Assembly: GCA_963786935.1 (NCBI GenBank)
Contig: CAWBAN010000003.1
Span: 320,001-384,000, forward strand
Reading direction: 5' to 3'
Source of the DNA: an uncultured bacterium
GTDB taxonomy: Bacteria; Krumholzibacteriota; Krumholzibacteriia; Krumholzibacteriales; Krumholzibacteriaceae
DNA length: 64,000 bases
Shown: positions 46,459-57,448 of the stretch, piece after piece
Layout of the letters: the number at the start of each line of letters is the position of its first letter
Position numbering within the stretch: position 1 is the first letter of the stretch
Made by a program: the position numbers and the translations under genes
Notes under the pieces: model-generated
Seen by the model: only the letters and a program-made list of their open reading frames with translations
Told to the model about the DNA's origin: nothing
Database searches by the model: none

Positions 46459-46473
46459 CGCCGCGCGGCTGAC

Positions 46474-49400
46474 ATGAGCGTGAACGCGATACTCGGAACG
46501 CCCGGATTGGAGCTCGAGGCGTCTCTTCGCGGACGCCTCGCCGAGGCTCGTCGCTCGGACCCGTTCGCTCCGCTCACGATTCTCGTCGGCTCGAGCCTCC
46601 TCGGCGCCTCGCTTCGCAGGGACCTCGCCGAAAAAACGGGCGGGCTCTTCAACGTACGCTTCGCGACCTTCGCCGACCTCGCTTCGCTCCTCGCGCGGGA
46701 ATCCGCGGAAGGAGCGGATGCCGGCGCGCCCCCGTTCGCGGACCGCGTCGTCGTCCGAGCGGTCGCATCGCCGGGGAGCGTATCCGCCGGGCTCGCCGAG
46801 TCGGCGAAGACGAAGGGCTTCGCCGAGGCGCTGCTCGCGACATTCGACGATCTCGCCGAAGCGGGCTGCGCGGGAGCGATGGCGCGGGAGCTCGCCGAGC
46901 GCGGCGCGCCGCGGGAGCGGCCCGGCTCGAAGGCGCGCGAGGTACTCTCTCTCTACGCGCGGTTTCGGGAACGGATCGATTCGCTCGGCGGCGACGGCCA
47001 CACCCGCTTTCGCGCCGCGCTCTCGGGCACGCTGCCGGTTTCCCTCGGGCAGCGCGTGTTCGCCTACGGCTTCTACGATTTCAACGAAATGCAGCGGCGG
47101 CTCCTCGCGCGGATCGCGCGGGAGCGGGAGGTAACGCTCTTCATGCCGTGGGGCGAGGGGGAAGCGTTCCGGTTCGCCGCGCGGGGACGCGCGGCGCTCG
47201 AGCGCGCCGGTTTCGGGCCGTTCGCCTCCGCCGGCCCCTCGGGGGGCGCCGCGCGGAAGCCGGCGCTGAAGCTCCTGAACGCGCCGGGAGAGGAGGAGGA
47301 GGTCCGCGAGATCGCCCGCAGAATCCTCGCGCTCGCCCGCGGCGGCGTCCGGTTCGAGGAGGTCGCGGTCATCCTTCCCTCGGTCGAAGCCTACGCGCCG
47401 CTGTGCCGTGAGATCTTCCGGGAGGCGGGGATCCCGTGCGCCGCGCATTCGGGGCTTTCGGCGGATGCCGGGCCGGCGCTCAAGGGCGCGCTCGGGCTCC
47501 TCGAAATTCTCGGCGGCGCGATGGAGCGCCGCGATATCGTCGAGTTTCTCGTGTCGGCGCCGCTCCGTCCGCCGGCGGCCGGACGGGCGCGCTGCGATCG
47601 TTTTTCGCTCTGGGCGCGGTTGAGCGCCGAGGCGGGGATCGTCGGAGAGCGCGGCTGGATCGAGGAGAGCGCGGCGCTCGTGGAGCGGCTGCGCCTCCTC
47701 GAGGAGCGCGGGGAAGGGAGCGGCGAGGCGTTCGCGGCGGCCCTCGACGCGGACGCCGTGATCGGGAAAATCGTTCGCGCCGGGGAGGGGCTGCGCGCCG
47801 CGTCTTCGTGGCGGGGGCTCGCGGACGGATTTTCGTCGCTCGTGCGGGAGCTCTTTCCGGAATCGCCGGATCTCGAGGGAGCGCGCGAGGCGATCGAGCG
47901 CCTTGCCTCGCTCGATCGCCTCGGCCAGCCCGTGTCGTTCGACGAGTTCGCCCGGATTGCGGAAGCCTCGCTCGCCGATGCCGCCCGCGCGGCGGGGCGC
48001 GGGGGCGACGGGGTTCACGTTCTCTCGCTCGTCCAGGCGCGCGGGCTCGGATTCGAGGCGGTTTTCATCCCGGGGCTCGCCGAGCGGATCTTTCCGGCGG
48101 CGGCGCGCCAGGATCCGTTCCTCGGCGACCGGGAGCGGCGGGAGCTCAACGCGCTGTCGAACGGCGCGATCGTTCTCGGCGAGAAAGCGGAGCGCTTGAG
48201 CGAAGAGGCGCTCCTCTTCGAGCTCGCCCGCGCGTCGGCGCGCGGGACGCTCGTGTGCAGCTATCCGAGATTCGAGGGGGGAACCGGAAGGGAACGCATC
48301 CCGTCCTCCTTCCTTCGATTCATCGAGGGGTATTCGGTCGACGGCGCGCACGGCGCCGCCGTCGGGTACGAGCGCATCCCGCGGCTCGCCCCGGCCGCGC
48401 GCGGCGCCGAGCTTCTCGGCGCGGATGAGCTCGATTTCGAGCGCGCGCGCGAGTATCGCGAGGGCGCCGGAGCGCTTCCCGACAATCCGTTTTTCTCGAA
48501 AGGCGCGCGTCTCGTCCGCATGCGCGAGGGATCGCGGAAATTCACCGCGTACGACGGCGTATTCTCGTCGAAGGAGGCGCTCGACGGGCTTCGCGTCATG
48601 CTCGACGGCGACGGAAGGCGCTTCGCGCCGACCTCGCTCGAGACGTACGCGCGCTGCCCCTTCGCGTACTTCGTCACGCGTCTGCTCGGCATCGAGCCGG
48701 CCGAGGAGCCCGAGCGCATCATCTCCATCGGGCCGCTCGAACGCGGGGAGCTGATCCACAAGATTCTCGCGCGGATCTTCGCTGAGCTCAAGGCGAAGGG
48801 GCTTCTTCCTTTGAGCGCCGCCCCCGCCGACGGCGTGCTCGCGATCGCCGGCGAGGCGATCGATCGGATTCTCGAGAGCTTCCCCGAGACGGCGAGCGTC
48901 GGATTCCCCGTGTTCTGGGAAATGGAGAAGCGCATCGTGCGCGAGTCGGTGATCCTCTTCCTCGAGGAGGAGCGTCTCGAGGGGGGAGCGTTCGTCCCCG
49001 AGCTTTTCGAAAAATCGTTCGGCAGGAAACGCGACCGTCTCGAGGTTCCGTTCGAGTGCGGCGGCCGGACGGTTCTCTTCCACGGCCGGATCGACCGGAT
49101 CGACACCGCGCCGGACGGCCGGTTCCGCGTCGTCGATTACAAAACGGGAAAGCTGATGGGCGCGGACCAGGATCTCGCGCACGGATCGGCGCTCCAGCTT
49201 CCGGTCTATCTCCTCGGCGCCTCCCGCATTCTCGGGCTCGATCTGCGCGGGGGGGAGGCGCGATACCGGCGCGTCGGCGTCGGCGAGGGGAAGAACGTCG
49301 TTACCTTCTTCGGCGACCGGTGGGACGAGAGCCGGGAGGCCTTCTCGAAGATCGTGGACGTGATCGTGGGAGGCGTCGAGCGCGGCGTCTTCTTCGCCCC

Positions 49401-49545
49401 CGCCGACGAGCAGGGATGCAGGAACTGCGTCGTCGGCATCGCCTGCTCCTCGGGCGCGGCGCGCCTTTTCGAGATCAAGGCGGCCGACGACGAGCGGGCC
49501 CGCGCGTACATCGAAATGCGGGGAGGGGAGGAGGCGGAAGCATGA
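46474..49545 (+). CDS. addB: AddB/RexB-like helicase-nuclease subunit
   Basis: Degenerate helicase body; PTSLETYARCPF, GRIDRID, VDYKTG, LQLPVY, C-terminal CRNC...C. Confidence 0.8.
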   Translation: MSVNAILGTPGLELEASLRGRLAEARRSDPFAPLTILVGSSLLGASLRRDLAEKTGGLFNVRFATFADLASLLARESAEGADAGAPPFADRVVVRAVASPGSVSAGLAESAKTKGFAEALLATFDDLAEAGCAGAMARELAERGAPRERPGSKAREVLSLYARFRERIDSLGGDGHTRFRAALSGTLPVSLGQRVFAYGFYDFNEMQRRLLARIAREREVTLFMPWGEGEAFRFAARGRAALERAGFGPFASAGPSGGAARKPALKLLNAPGEEEEVREIARRILALARGGVRFEEVAVILPSVEAYAPLCREIFREAGIPCAAHSGLSADAGPALKGALGLLEILGGAMERRDIVEFLVSAPLRPPAAGRARCDRFSLWARLSAEAGIVGERGWIEESAALVERLRLLEERGEGSGEAFAAALDADAVIGKIVRAGEGLRAASSWRGLADGFSSLVRELFPESPDLEGAREAIERLASLDRLGQPVSFDEFARIAEASLADAARAAGRGGDGVHVLSLVQARGLGFEAVFIPGLAERIFPAAARQDPFLGDRERRELNALSNGAIVLGEKAERLSEEALLFELARASARGTLVCSYPRFEGGTGRERIPSSFLRFIEGYSVDGAHGAAVGYERIPRLAPAARGAELLGADELDFERAREYREGAGALPDNPFFSKGARLVRMREGSRKFTAYDGVFSSKEALDGLRVMLDGDGRRFAPTSLETYARCPFAYFVTRLLGIEPAEEPERIISIGPLERGELIHKILARIFAELKAKGLLPLSAAPADGVLAIAGEAIDRILESFPETASVGFPVFWEMEKRIVRESVILFLEEERLEGGAFVPELFEKSFGRKRDRLEVPFECGGRTVLFHGRIDRIDTAPDGRFRVVDYKTGKLMGADQDLAHGSALQLPVYLLGASRILGLDLRGGEARYRRVGVGEGKNVVTFFGDRWDESREAFSKIVDVIVGGVERGVFFAPADEQGCRNCVVGIACSSGAARLFEIKAADDERARAYIEMRGGEEAEA

Positions 49546-52500
49546 GCGGGAGAGCCGGTGGAAGGGGAAGGAGGCTCGTGGATGAGGTCGCCCGGAGTCG
49601 GGCCGCGAACGATCTCGAAACGTCGTTCTGCGTCGAGGCGGGCGCCGGCACGGGAAAGACGAGCCTTCTCGTCAACCGGTTCCTGTCGATCCTCGAGAGC
49701 GGCACGGCCTCCTGCAGCCAGATCGTCGCGATCACCTTCACCGAGAAAGCCGCCGGCGAAATGAAGATCAGGCTCCGGCAGCGCATATTCGAGCGCCGCG
49801 CCGATCCCGCGATCGCCCCGGAGGCCCGCGCCAATCTCGAGCGCGCCTCCGACGAGCTCGAGCGCTCGCCGATCTCGACCATCCATTCGTTCGCCGCGAC
49901 GATCCTGCGCGAGTATCCGGTCGAAGCGCGCGTCGATCCGAGCTACGGCCAGCTCGACGCGCTCGAGGGGGAGCTCTTCTTCGACGAATGCTGGAGCGAT
50001 TTCCTCGCGCGCGGGGCCGAGGCGTGGGCGGAGACGCTGCGGCGGTTCGTCTTCTTCGGCGGCTCGATCGGGAATCTCTACGATATCGCGCTCGGATTGT
50101 ACGCGCACCGGGCCGAGCGCTCGTGCAGCGGCACGTTCGACGTCGAGCAGGCCTGCGACGAGGAAGACATCCGGCTGCTCCCCGGACCGCCGATCTCTCG
50201 AAGAGGCTCAAAGAGGAGTTCGCCGCCGCCGCGGCGCGGCTCTCGGCGCTCGAGCGCGACGCGTGCGTGAATCCGGACGACCGCGGCGCCGCCGCGATCA
50301 GGGAGTTCGCCGCCCGGATGGCGGCGCTCGATCTGCTCGACGGGGACGAATCTCTGCGCGTTCTCCTCACGATCAAGATTCCGAAGAACAAGGGGAGCAA
50401 GGGGAACTGGCGGCCCGCCGAGGCCTGCGCCGAGCAGAAAGAGATATTTTCCGGCCTCGACTCGTTCCGGGAAACCATGAGGACGGCCCTCTCCGATGGT
50501 CTGCGGGACGGGCTCGACCGGTTCTTCGACGAGTTTCTCGCCTCGATCGATCGGCGCAAGGCGGCGCTCGGCGTCCTCGATTTCGACGATCTCCTCGTCA
50601 AGGTGCGCGAGCTGCTCCGCGATCCGGAGTCGCTCGACATGCTCCGCGAGCGCTACCGCTACGTTCTCGTCGACGAGTTCCAGGATACGGATCCGGTTCA
50701 GGCCGAGATCGTCTATCTCCTCGCGACCGCCCGGGGAGAGACCGGCCGGGAAACGCTCGTGCCCGGCAAGCTCTTCATCGTCGGCGATCCGAAGCAGAGC
50801 ATCTACCGGTTCAGAAAGGCGGACATCGAGATCTACGAGCGCGTGAAGGAGCGCCTCGCGGCGGGCGGCGAGCGGCTTTCGATCGTGGAGAACTTCCGGT
50901 CGGTGCCCGGCGTCGTCGAATGGGTGAACGAGACCTTCGCGGAGATCATGCGGCCGACCGGCGACGCGCGCTTCCAGCCGCGCTACGAGGCGATCCATCC
51001 GTACCGCTGCGGAGGCGGCGCTCCGGTGGCGCTCTTCGACATCGGGCTCGCCGAGGAAGAGACGAAAACGCAGGCGGTCCGCGCCCGCGAAGGGGAGGCG
51101 ATCGCCCGCCTCATCCGCTCGCTCGTCGAGGGGGGCGCGGAGGTGATGGATCCGCGGAAGCGCGAGATGCGCCCGGTGAAGCACGGCGATATCGCCGTGA
51201 TCTATCCGGGAACGACGGGAATCGACTTCTACGAGGAGCCGCTTCGCGCGGAGGGCATTCCGTACGTCGTCGAGGGGGGGAAGCTCTACTACGCCCGCGA
51301 CGAGATCCGGACGCTCGCGGCCGCGGTGTGGGCGATCGAGGATCCGTACGATCCGCTCTCCCTCGTCGCCGTGCTGCGCTCGCCGCTGTTCGGCGCGAGC
51401 GACGAGGATATCTTCCTCTTCACGCGGGGCGGCGGACGGCTCGATTATCTCGATCCGGGGGCGGGGGCTGCCGAAATGCCGGGTGATCTCGGCGCAGCGC
51501 TCGAGCTCCTCGCCGGTCTCCATGCGCGGCGGAACGAGCTCGGTCCCTCGGGAACGCTGCTCGAGCTCCTCGGGCGCACGAAGTTCCTCGAGCTTTCGCT
51601 CCTGCGCCCGCACGGCGACCAGCGGGTTTCGAACATCAGGAAGGCGGTTTCGAGCGCGCGGGCGTTCGAGGAGCAGGGGAAATCGTACCGGCGTTTCGCC
51701 CGCTGGTTCAGGGATCAGGAGGCGCTCGCCTCGGCGGAGGGGGAATCACCCCTCGTGGAGGAGGACGACGACGCGGTCCGGCTGCTCACCGTTCACAAGG
51801 CGAAGGGGCTTCAGTTCCCCGTCGTGATCCTGGCGAATCTCGTCCAGAAGAAGCGCGCGTCGTACCAGGTGCTCGTCGAAAAGGGGCGGCGCGTCTCGTT
51901 CAAGCTCGGGCTCCTCGAGACGGGGGACCACGCCGAGCTCGAGACGAACGAGAAGGCGCGCGAGGAAGCGGAGACGATCCGGCTCCTCTACGTCGCCGCG
52001 ACGCGGGCCGGGGACATGCTCGTCGTGCCGCGCACGCCGCGGGAGGGAAGCTACTTCGGGCTCATCAAGGCGCATCTCGTCGAGTCCGGCGCCGGCGGGG
52101 ACGGGGAGGCCGGAGCGGCGGGCGATGGCGTCGGCGGGACCGGTCCATCGCCGCGTTCGGCGCACGTGCGGGACCTCTCGGTCTCGTCGCTTCCGCCGCT
52201 TCGCGGCAAGCCGCGGCCCTTCACGCGATTCGCGGAGCCTTCGCGGGAGGCGGCTGCGAAGGCCGCGCGGGAGCGCGCGGAATGGATCGCCGCGCGGGAG
52301 CGGCTCCTCGCGGAGGCCGCGAAGGGGCCGCTCGTCCTCGCTCCTTCGAGGCTCGCGGCCGAGGCTCGCGAGGAGCCCCCGAGCGCGATGGCGGTCGGGC
52401 TCGAGATTCCCGATGCATCCGGCGCCGCTGCCGGCGCGCCCGTCGAGCCGGGCGCTCCCGGCGCTCAGTCCCGCGATCGGCTCCTCCTTTTCGGGCAGGC

Positions 52501-53035
52501 CTTTCACCGGATCATGGAGCTCGCCGATCTTTCCGGCGCGCGCCCTCCGGGCGGCCTCGCCGAATCGGTCGCCGCGGAGCTCGGCATCGAGGACGCGGCG
52601 GGCGAGCTCGAGCGTGTCGCGTCCGCGGCGCTCCAATCCGACATCATCCGCCGCGCGGCGCGCGCGGCGCGCTGCTTCCGCGAGGCGCCGTTCGCCGTGC
52701 CCTGGGAGGGGAACTTCATCGAGGGGAGAATCGATCTCCTGTTCGAGGAGAACGGCCGCTGGACGCTCGTCGACTACAAGACCGACGATGTGGCGGCGCG
52801 GGATTTGGACGGGAGAATCGCGGCCTACCGCCCGCAGGCTGCCGCGTACGCGCTCGCCCTCAAGACGCTCGGCATCGAATGCTCGGGAGGGATCGTTCTC
52901 CATTTCGCGCGGCCGAACGAGACGCGGGTCCTCGAGTACTCGGCGAGCCTCGTCGCCGAGGCGGAGCGTGCGCTCCGCGCGGCGGTCATCGAGCGGGACG
53001 CCGCCCGAGGGCGCTCGCGACCGGCCCTTCCCTGA
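49542..53035 (+). CDS. addA: AddA/RecB-like UvrD helicase-nuclease; one-base frameshift near 50160-50200
   Basis: EAGAGTGKT, TFTEKAA, STIHSF in the first frame; VDEFQDT, GDPKQSIYRFR, TVHKAKGLQF, YVAATRA, GRIDL...DYKT in the second frame. Confidence 0.85.
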
Positions 53036-54038
53036 GCGTCGCGCCGAGCCCGGGGCCTTCCGGCAGCACGAGCTTCCCGTTCAGCGTCGTCACGCCCGAA
53101 GCGGGATCGTTCCGCACGAGGATATTGCCGTCGAGATCGGCATAGTCGACGAGCGGCGAGATCTGCGCCGCCGCCGTGATGCCGATCGAGCTCTCGATCA
53201 TGCAGCCGAGCATCACGTTCATCCCGCACGCGCGCGCCGCGCGGATCATCCGGAGCGCTTCGAGCACGCCGCCGCATTTCATGAGCTTGATGTTGATGCC
53301 GTGAAACGCTCCGGCGAGCGCCGGAACGTCGCTCGCGACCCGGACGCTCTCATCGGCGAAGATCGGAAGCGACGTGCGCGCGGCGAGCCATCGGATTCCT
53401 TCGAGATCCGCCGCCGGGAGCGGCTGCTCGACGAACTCGACGTTCTGTCCCTCGAGCCACCGCATCTTCTCGAGCGCCTCGTCCCGGGTCCAGCCCTCGT
53501 TCGCGTCGACGCGCACCGGCCGGTCGGTCGCCGAGCGCACCGCCTCCATGATCTCGCGGTCGTTCTCGAGCCCCATCTTGATCTTGAGCACGGGGAATCC
53601 CGCAGCCTCGCGGATCTTCTCCGCCACGATCGCCGGTTCGTCGATGCCGATCGTATACGACGTCACGGGGGTCTTGCCGGGATCGAGGCCGAGATGGGCG
53701 TAGAGGGGCGCGCCGAGACGCTTGCCGAGCAGATCGTGGAGCGCGATGTCGATCGCCGCCAGCGCCGCCCACTCCCCGCCGAGCGCGCGGGCGGCCCGCT
53801 CGACGGCCTCCTCGACGCGATCCGCCGGCTCGAGGAGCGCCGCGTCGAGGGAGGCCAGCGCCCGCTCCGCCGATTCCGCGCTCTGTCCGTAGCGGGGGGA
53901 GGGGGCGGCCTCGCCGAATCCCTCGAGTCCGCCGTCCTCGAGACGGACGATGACTGATTCCCTGAACTCGTCGGCGCTCCGCGCGATGCGGAACGTATGC
54001 CGCAGCTCGAGGCGCGCCCGTGCGAACGATATTTTCAT
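52986..54038 (-). CDS. L-Ala-D/L-Glu dipeptide epimerase (enolase superfamily)
   Basis: GFGEAAP, LKIKMG, VDANEGW, EQP, ADES, NIKLMKCGG, DLDG; GGAGG RBS. Confidence 0.92.
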   Translation of the reverse strand: MKISFARARLELRHTFRIARSADEFRESVIVRLEDGGLEGFGEAAPSPRYGQSAESAERALASLDAALLEPADRVEEAVERAARALGGEWAALAAIDIALHDLLGKRLGAPLYAHLGLDPGKTPVTSYTIGIDEPAIVAEKIREAAGFPVLKIKMGLENDREIMEAVRSATDRPVRVDANEGWTRDEALEKMRWLEGQNVEFVEQPLPAADLEGIRWLAARTSLPIFADESVRVASDVPALAGAFHGINIKLMKCGGVLEALRMIRAARACGMNVMLGCMIESSIGITAAAQISPLVDYADLDGNILVRNDPASGVTTLNGKLVLPEGPGLGATLREGPVASALGRRPAR

Positions 54039-54194
54039 GAATCCTCCCGCGCGGGAAGCGCGCGGCCCGGTCCCGCCACCCCGCCGCTTTCGGTTTCCAT
54101 TATTCGGCGACTCCGGTATAATAGGCGCGGAGCTCGTTTCGAACAAGGTTCCAGTTCTCGCCACGTTAGAAGTTTTGTCGCAGGAGGGGATTGC

Positions 54195-55808
54195 ATGGCA
54201 CCAAAGGCGCAGTCGCGGCGGAGGCGTACAGTGCACAAGGAGTATCCGAAGGACGTTGCCGATATCGTCTTGAGGGCCTTCGACTACACGACGGACGGCA
54301 TCATCGTGGGAAGGCTGAGCGACGGGGTCGTTTTGTATCACAACAAGGCCTGGCTCAGGATACACGCGCTCGACGAAAATACCGACATGCGCGGCAAGGT
54401 GTTCCGCGAGTTCGAACGCGCCGAGCTCCTGCCCGTCCTGGACAAGGTGACCGAGGAAATCCGCAAGCGCGGCTCCTATAGCTATCAAATCGGAACGGTC
54501 CGCAGGGACGGCGTGTATCACGACGTTCATATGGCGGCCAACGTCATACGGGAATGCGATCCGCCCGTCGTCATCGTGATCCTGCGCGAGATCACCGATC
54601 TCGTGCAGATGAAGAGCGAGATCGCGCGCCGCAACGTGGAGCTCGAGCTTCTCAACGAGATCCACCGGGTCGTCGCGCGCGCGCGAAGCCGGAAAACGGT
54701 TATCAGGAAAATGCTCGCGCTGCTGCGCGATTTCGTCGGGGCGAAGTTTTGCGGCTTCTACCTCATCGATCACGCCAATAAGGACGCGGTCCTCATCGAT
54801 GAGATCGGTCTCCCCCCGGGCACGAGGAAAAAGGTGATGCATATTCCGCTCAACAAGAACAGCGCGTTCGCGGGCATCGCGAAATCGCGGCATACCTACG
54901 TGTTGGAAGAGGAAATGCCGGATCACGACGGAGGAAGAGCCGATATACGGAAGGCTCTGGGGATCAAGCGGACGATCGGGACCGTTTTCAAAACGGGCAC
55001 GAACCGGGATTATATGACGATCTTCGGCCTTCCGGAAGCGGAGTCGGTGGATCCCGAAATCCGCAGCTTCTTCGATACGGCGGCGAAGCAGTTCGTCATG
55101 GTGATCGAGCGGGTCGAGCTCCTCGACGCGCTCGAGAAACACGAGCGGGACCTCAACGACTTGACGAGGCGCCTGATCGATTCAGGCGAAGAGGAGAAGC
55201 GCCGGTGCTCTCTCATCCTCCACGACGAGATCGGTCAGGCGCTCACCGGGCTCAAGTTGGAGCTCGAACTGCTCGAAAAAGGTCTCGGCCCCCTCGATTC
55301 CTGCACGAGGAAATCCATCGAGGGGATACGGAGGCAGGTCAGGTTCGTCGCGGAGAGCACCCGGACGATCGCGAAATCGTTCCATCCCGCAATGCTCGAC
55401 GAGCTCGGATTCGTGCCGACCCTTCACTGGTATGTCGATAACTTCGTACGCGGCGACGGGCTCGAAGTGGCCTTCGAGGACGCGGGTTTCGACGAGGATC
55501 TGCCGGCGCCGGTCTCGCTTGCCCTCTACCGCGTGGCGCAGGAGGCCCTCACGAACGTCGTGCGGCACGCCCATGCATCCAGGGTGTCGATTTCTCTGAC
55601 AAAGGGCTATCCATATGTTATAATGGAAATCGAAGACAACGGCCGGGGGATATCGAAGCAAAAGACGAAAACGAAGACGCGCGGCCTCGGGCTCGTGAGC
55701 ATGCGGGAGAGGATCGAGTATATGGGCGGAACCGTGCGCATCAAATCCTCTCCGGGAACGGGCACGAAGGTGCGGGTCAAGATGCCGATCGGGGCGGTCA
55801 ATGGCTGA
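54195..55808 (+). CDS. Cytoplasmic PAS/GAF sensor histidine kinase (HisKA_3)
   Basis: LHDEIGQAL, QEALTNVVRHA, DNGRG, GLGLVSMRER; no TM helix. Confidence 0.9.
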   Translation: MAPKAQSRRRRTVHKEYPKDVADIVLRAFDYTTDGIIVGRLSDGVVLYHNKAWLRIHALDENTDMRGKVFREFERAELLPVLDKVTEEIRKRGSYSYQIGTVRRDGVYHDVHMAANVIRECDPPVVIVILREITDLVQMKSEIARRNVELELLNEIHRVVARARSRKTVIRKMLALLRDFVGAKFCGFYLIDHANKDAVLIDEIGLPPGTRKKVMHIPLNKNSAFAGIAKSRHTYVLEEEMPDHDGGRADIRKALGIKRTIGTVFKTGTNRDYMTIFGLPEAESVDPEIRSFFDTAAKQFVMVIERVELLDALEKHERDLNDLTRRLIDSGEEEKRRCSLILHDEIGQALTGLKLELELLEKGLGPLDSCTRKSIEGIRRQVRFVAESTRTIAKSFHPAMLDELGFVPTLHWYVDNFVRGDGLEVAFEDAGFDEDLPAPVSLALYRVAQEALTNVVRHAHASRVSISLTKGYPYVIMEIEDNGRGISKQKTKTKTRGLGLVSMRERIEYMGGTVRIKSSPGTGTKVRVKMPIGAVNG

Positions 55809-56454
55809 CAGAATCAGGGTCGTCATCGTTGAGGATCATACGATCGTCCGCGAAGGTCTTCGGCCCCTTCTCGAGGGGAGGGGTGTCGAGGTCATCGGCG
55901 AGGCCGGGGACGGCCGTGAGGCGGCGCGGCTCGTCAAGGAGCTCGCTCCGCAGGTCGTCATCATGGACGTAGCGCTCCCGCATCTCGGCGGCATCGAGGC
56001 GACCCGCAGGATCGTGAAGAGCAATCCCGCGATGAAGGTCATCATGCTCACGATCCACGACGAGCCGCAGTACGTTTTCAAATCGCTCGAGGCGGGGGCC
56101 AAGGGATATCTCGTCAAGGAGGCGCCGCTCGAGGAGCTCATGACGGCGATCAAGGCCGTCATGAACGGGGAAACCTACCTGAGCTCGAACTTCCCGCCGG
56201 GCCTCATGGAGTCATACGTCAAGATGGCGAAGCGCGGGAAGAAGGCGGACGAGTTCAGCCAGCTGACGAGGCGCGAGCGGGAGATCCTCCAGTACATCGC
56301 CGAGGGGCATACGAGCCCGCAGATCGCCAAGATGCTGTTCATAAGCAAGAAGACCGTCGAGAATCACCGTGCTAACATTATGGAAAAATTAGACATACAC
56401 GATACGGCCGGTCTCGTGAGGTACGCGATAAAAATCAAGCTTGTCGAAACCTGA
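55801..56454 (+). CDS. NarL/LuxR-family response regulator
   Basis: EDHTIVREGL, VIMD, GYLVK, LTRREREIL...TVENHRANIMEKL. Confidence 0.95.
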   Translation: MADRIRVVIVEDHTIVREGLRPLLEGRGVEVIGEAGDGREAARLVKELAPQVVIMDVALPHLGGIEATRRIVKSNPAMKVIMLTIHDEPQYVFKSLEAGAKGYLVKEAPLEELMTAIKAVMNGETYLSSNFPPGLMESYVKMAKRGKKADEFSQLTRREREILQYIAEGHTSPQIAKMLFISKKTVENHRANIMEKLDIHDTAGLVRYAIKIKLVET

Positions 56455-56505
56455 TCGGGAACGTATCTTGTCCCGCGGATGTACAAGAGGGGTGGAGGGG
56501 TGAAA

Positions 56506-56551
56506 ATGAGGCGTTCTACTTATTGTATTGTTTCTCCCTGTCCACTATAGT
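56506..56551 (+). promoter_or_regulatory. Sigma70-type promoter with an adjacent imperfect palindrome (possible response-regulator box)
   Basis: TTGTAT (56523-28), 17 bp, TATAGT (56546-51). ATGAGGCGTTCTACTTAT at 56506-23 abuts the -35. Confidence 0.55.
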
Positions 56552-56557
56552 TTAGAT

Positions 56558-56872
56558 GAAAGCTCAACAGGGACTGTTCGAAGGCAAGCACAGAAGAATT
56601 ACAAAATAGGAAGAATATCAGGAGGTAGAGACTAGCGCATAGTCCATACCGACAAGAAGTCCGAATGAAGGGTTTTGCCGCCTGACTAAAATGCGGAGCC
56701 TATCCCATCCTACCAAAAAACCCCATCTCTTCCCCTAGGAGATGAGCCGCTTATCTGGGAAAAGCTCCCACCTGGCAACAGGATCGAACCTTCAACGCTC
56801 CGGTGAGAGTCCCTTAGGATCGCTTTCCACACCAAATGGAGCTGGGGTTCACGTCAGGCGGCAATTTTTTTT
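56558..56872 (+). ncRNA. Candidate structured non-coding RNA
   Basis: No credible ORF; 12-bp long-range stem (56675-86 with 56853-64) followed by T8; internal hairpins; several GGA motifs. Confidence 0.45.
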
Positions 56873-56892
56873 GCCCGCGCCGGGGATCGAAC

Positions 56893-57315
56893 TTACCGGC
56901 GCGGCTCGCTTGCCGCGGCGGCCTCGAGGATCCGCACGAGACAGCGTCTCGTCCGGGGGCCGTCGAACTCGCAGAAGAAAATCGCCTGCCAGGTGCCGAG
57001 AAGAAGCTCTCCGCCGCTCACCGGAACGAACGCCGATACCCCGACGAGGGAAGATTTCACGTGCGCGTCCGAATTGCCTTCCGCATGCCGGTATCCGTCC
57101 CCTTCGGGGATCAGCTTCGAGAGCGTCTCGGCGATGTCCCGGGCGACCGCGGGATCGGCCTTTTCGTTGACGGTGACCGCCGCGGTCGTGTGGGGGACAT
57201 AGATATGGCAGATCCCTTCCGCGACGCCGCTCTGTTCGAGGATCGTCCGGACACCGCTCGTGATGTCGACGAGCTCGTTTCGCGAACGGGTGCGAACGGG
57301 TAGTTCATGAACCAC
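56893..57315 (-). CDS. yjbQ: YjbQ/UPF0047 family protein
   Basis: PHTTAAVTVNE.ADP, H.EGNSDAHVK, LGTWQ...EFDGPR; AAGGAGG RBS. Confidence 0.92.
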   Translation of the reverse strand: MVHELPVRTRSRNELVDITSGVRTILEQSGVAEGICHIYVPHTTAAVTVNEKADPAVARDIAETLSKLIPEGDGYRHAEGNSDAHVKSSLVGVSAFVPVSGGELLLGTWQAIFFCEFDGPRTRRCLVRILEAAAASEPRR

Positions 57316-57448
57316 GGCGGCCTCCTTCGCGTTGTCGAAGGCGCGCGCCTGATGCGGCGCCTCGCGCACATGAGCACTTGACCGTTTGCCGAACGATCCC
57401 TATAATAGACGATTCTCGCGCGTGAATCAATTTCAAGGAGGTCGACGC

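Noticed and set aside
2376..48848. Frequent GCGATCGC/TCGA palindromes resembling cyanobacterial HIP1 (e.g. 2376, 4777, 36430, 48841)
   Set aside because: The examples checked encode Ala-Ile-Ala with preferred codons; enrichment cannot be claimed without a codon-aware count
44233..49182. Very long antisense and alternate-frame ORFs (e.g. 1649 aa here; also 274-2346, 26024-28054, 34056-36275, 38034-40289)
   Set aside because: They shadow well-supported genes, are Arg/Ala/Pro-rich with no family motifs, and are expected from stop-codon scarcity in high-GC coding DNA
52986..53035. Tail-to-tail overlaps (addA/epimerase; anti-sigma/nikR at 12060-12094)
   Set aside because: Short convergent overlaps are common in compact GC-rich genomes; nothing indicates function
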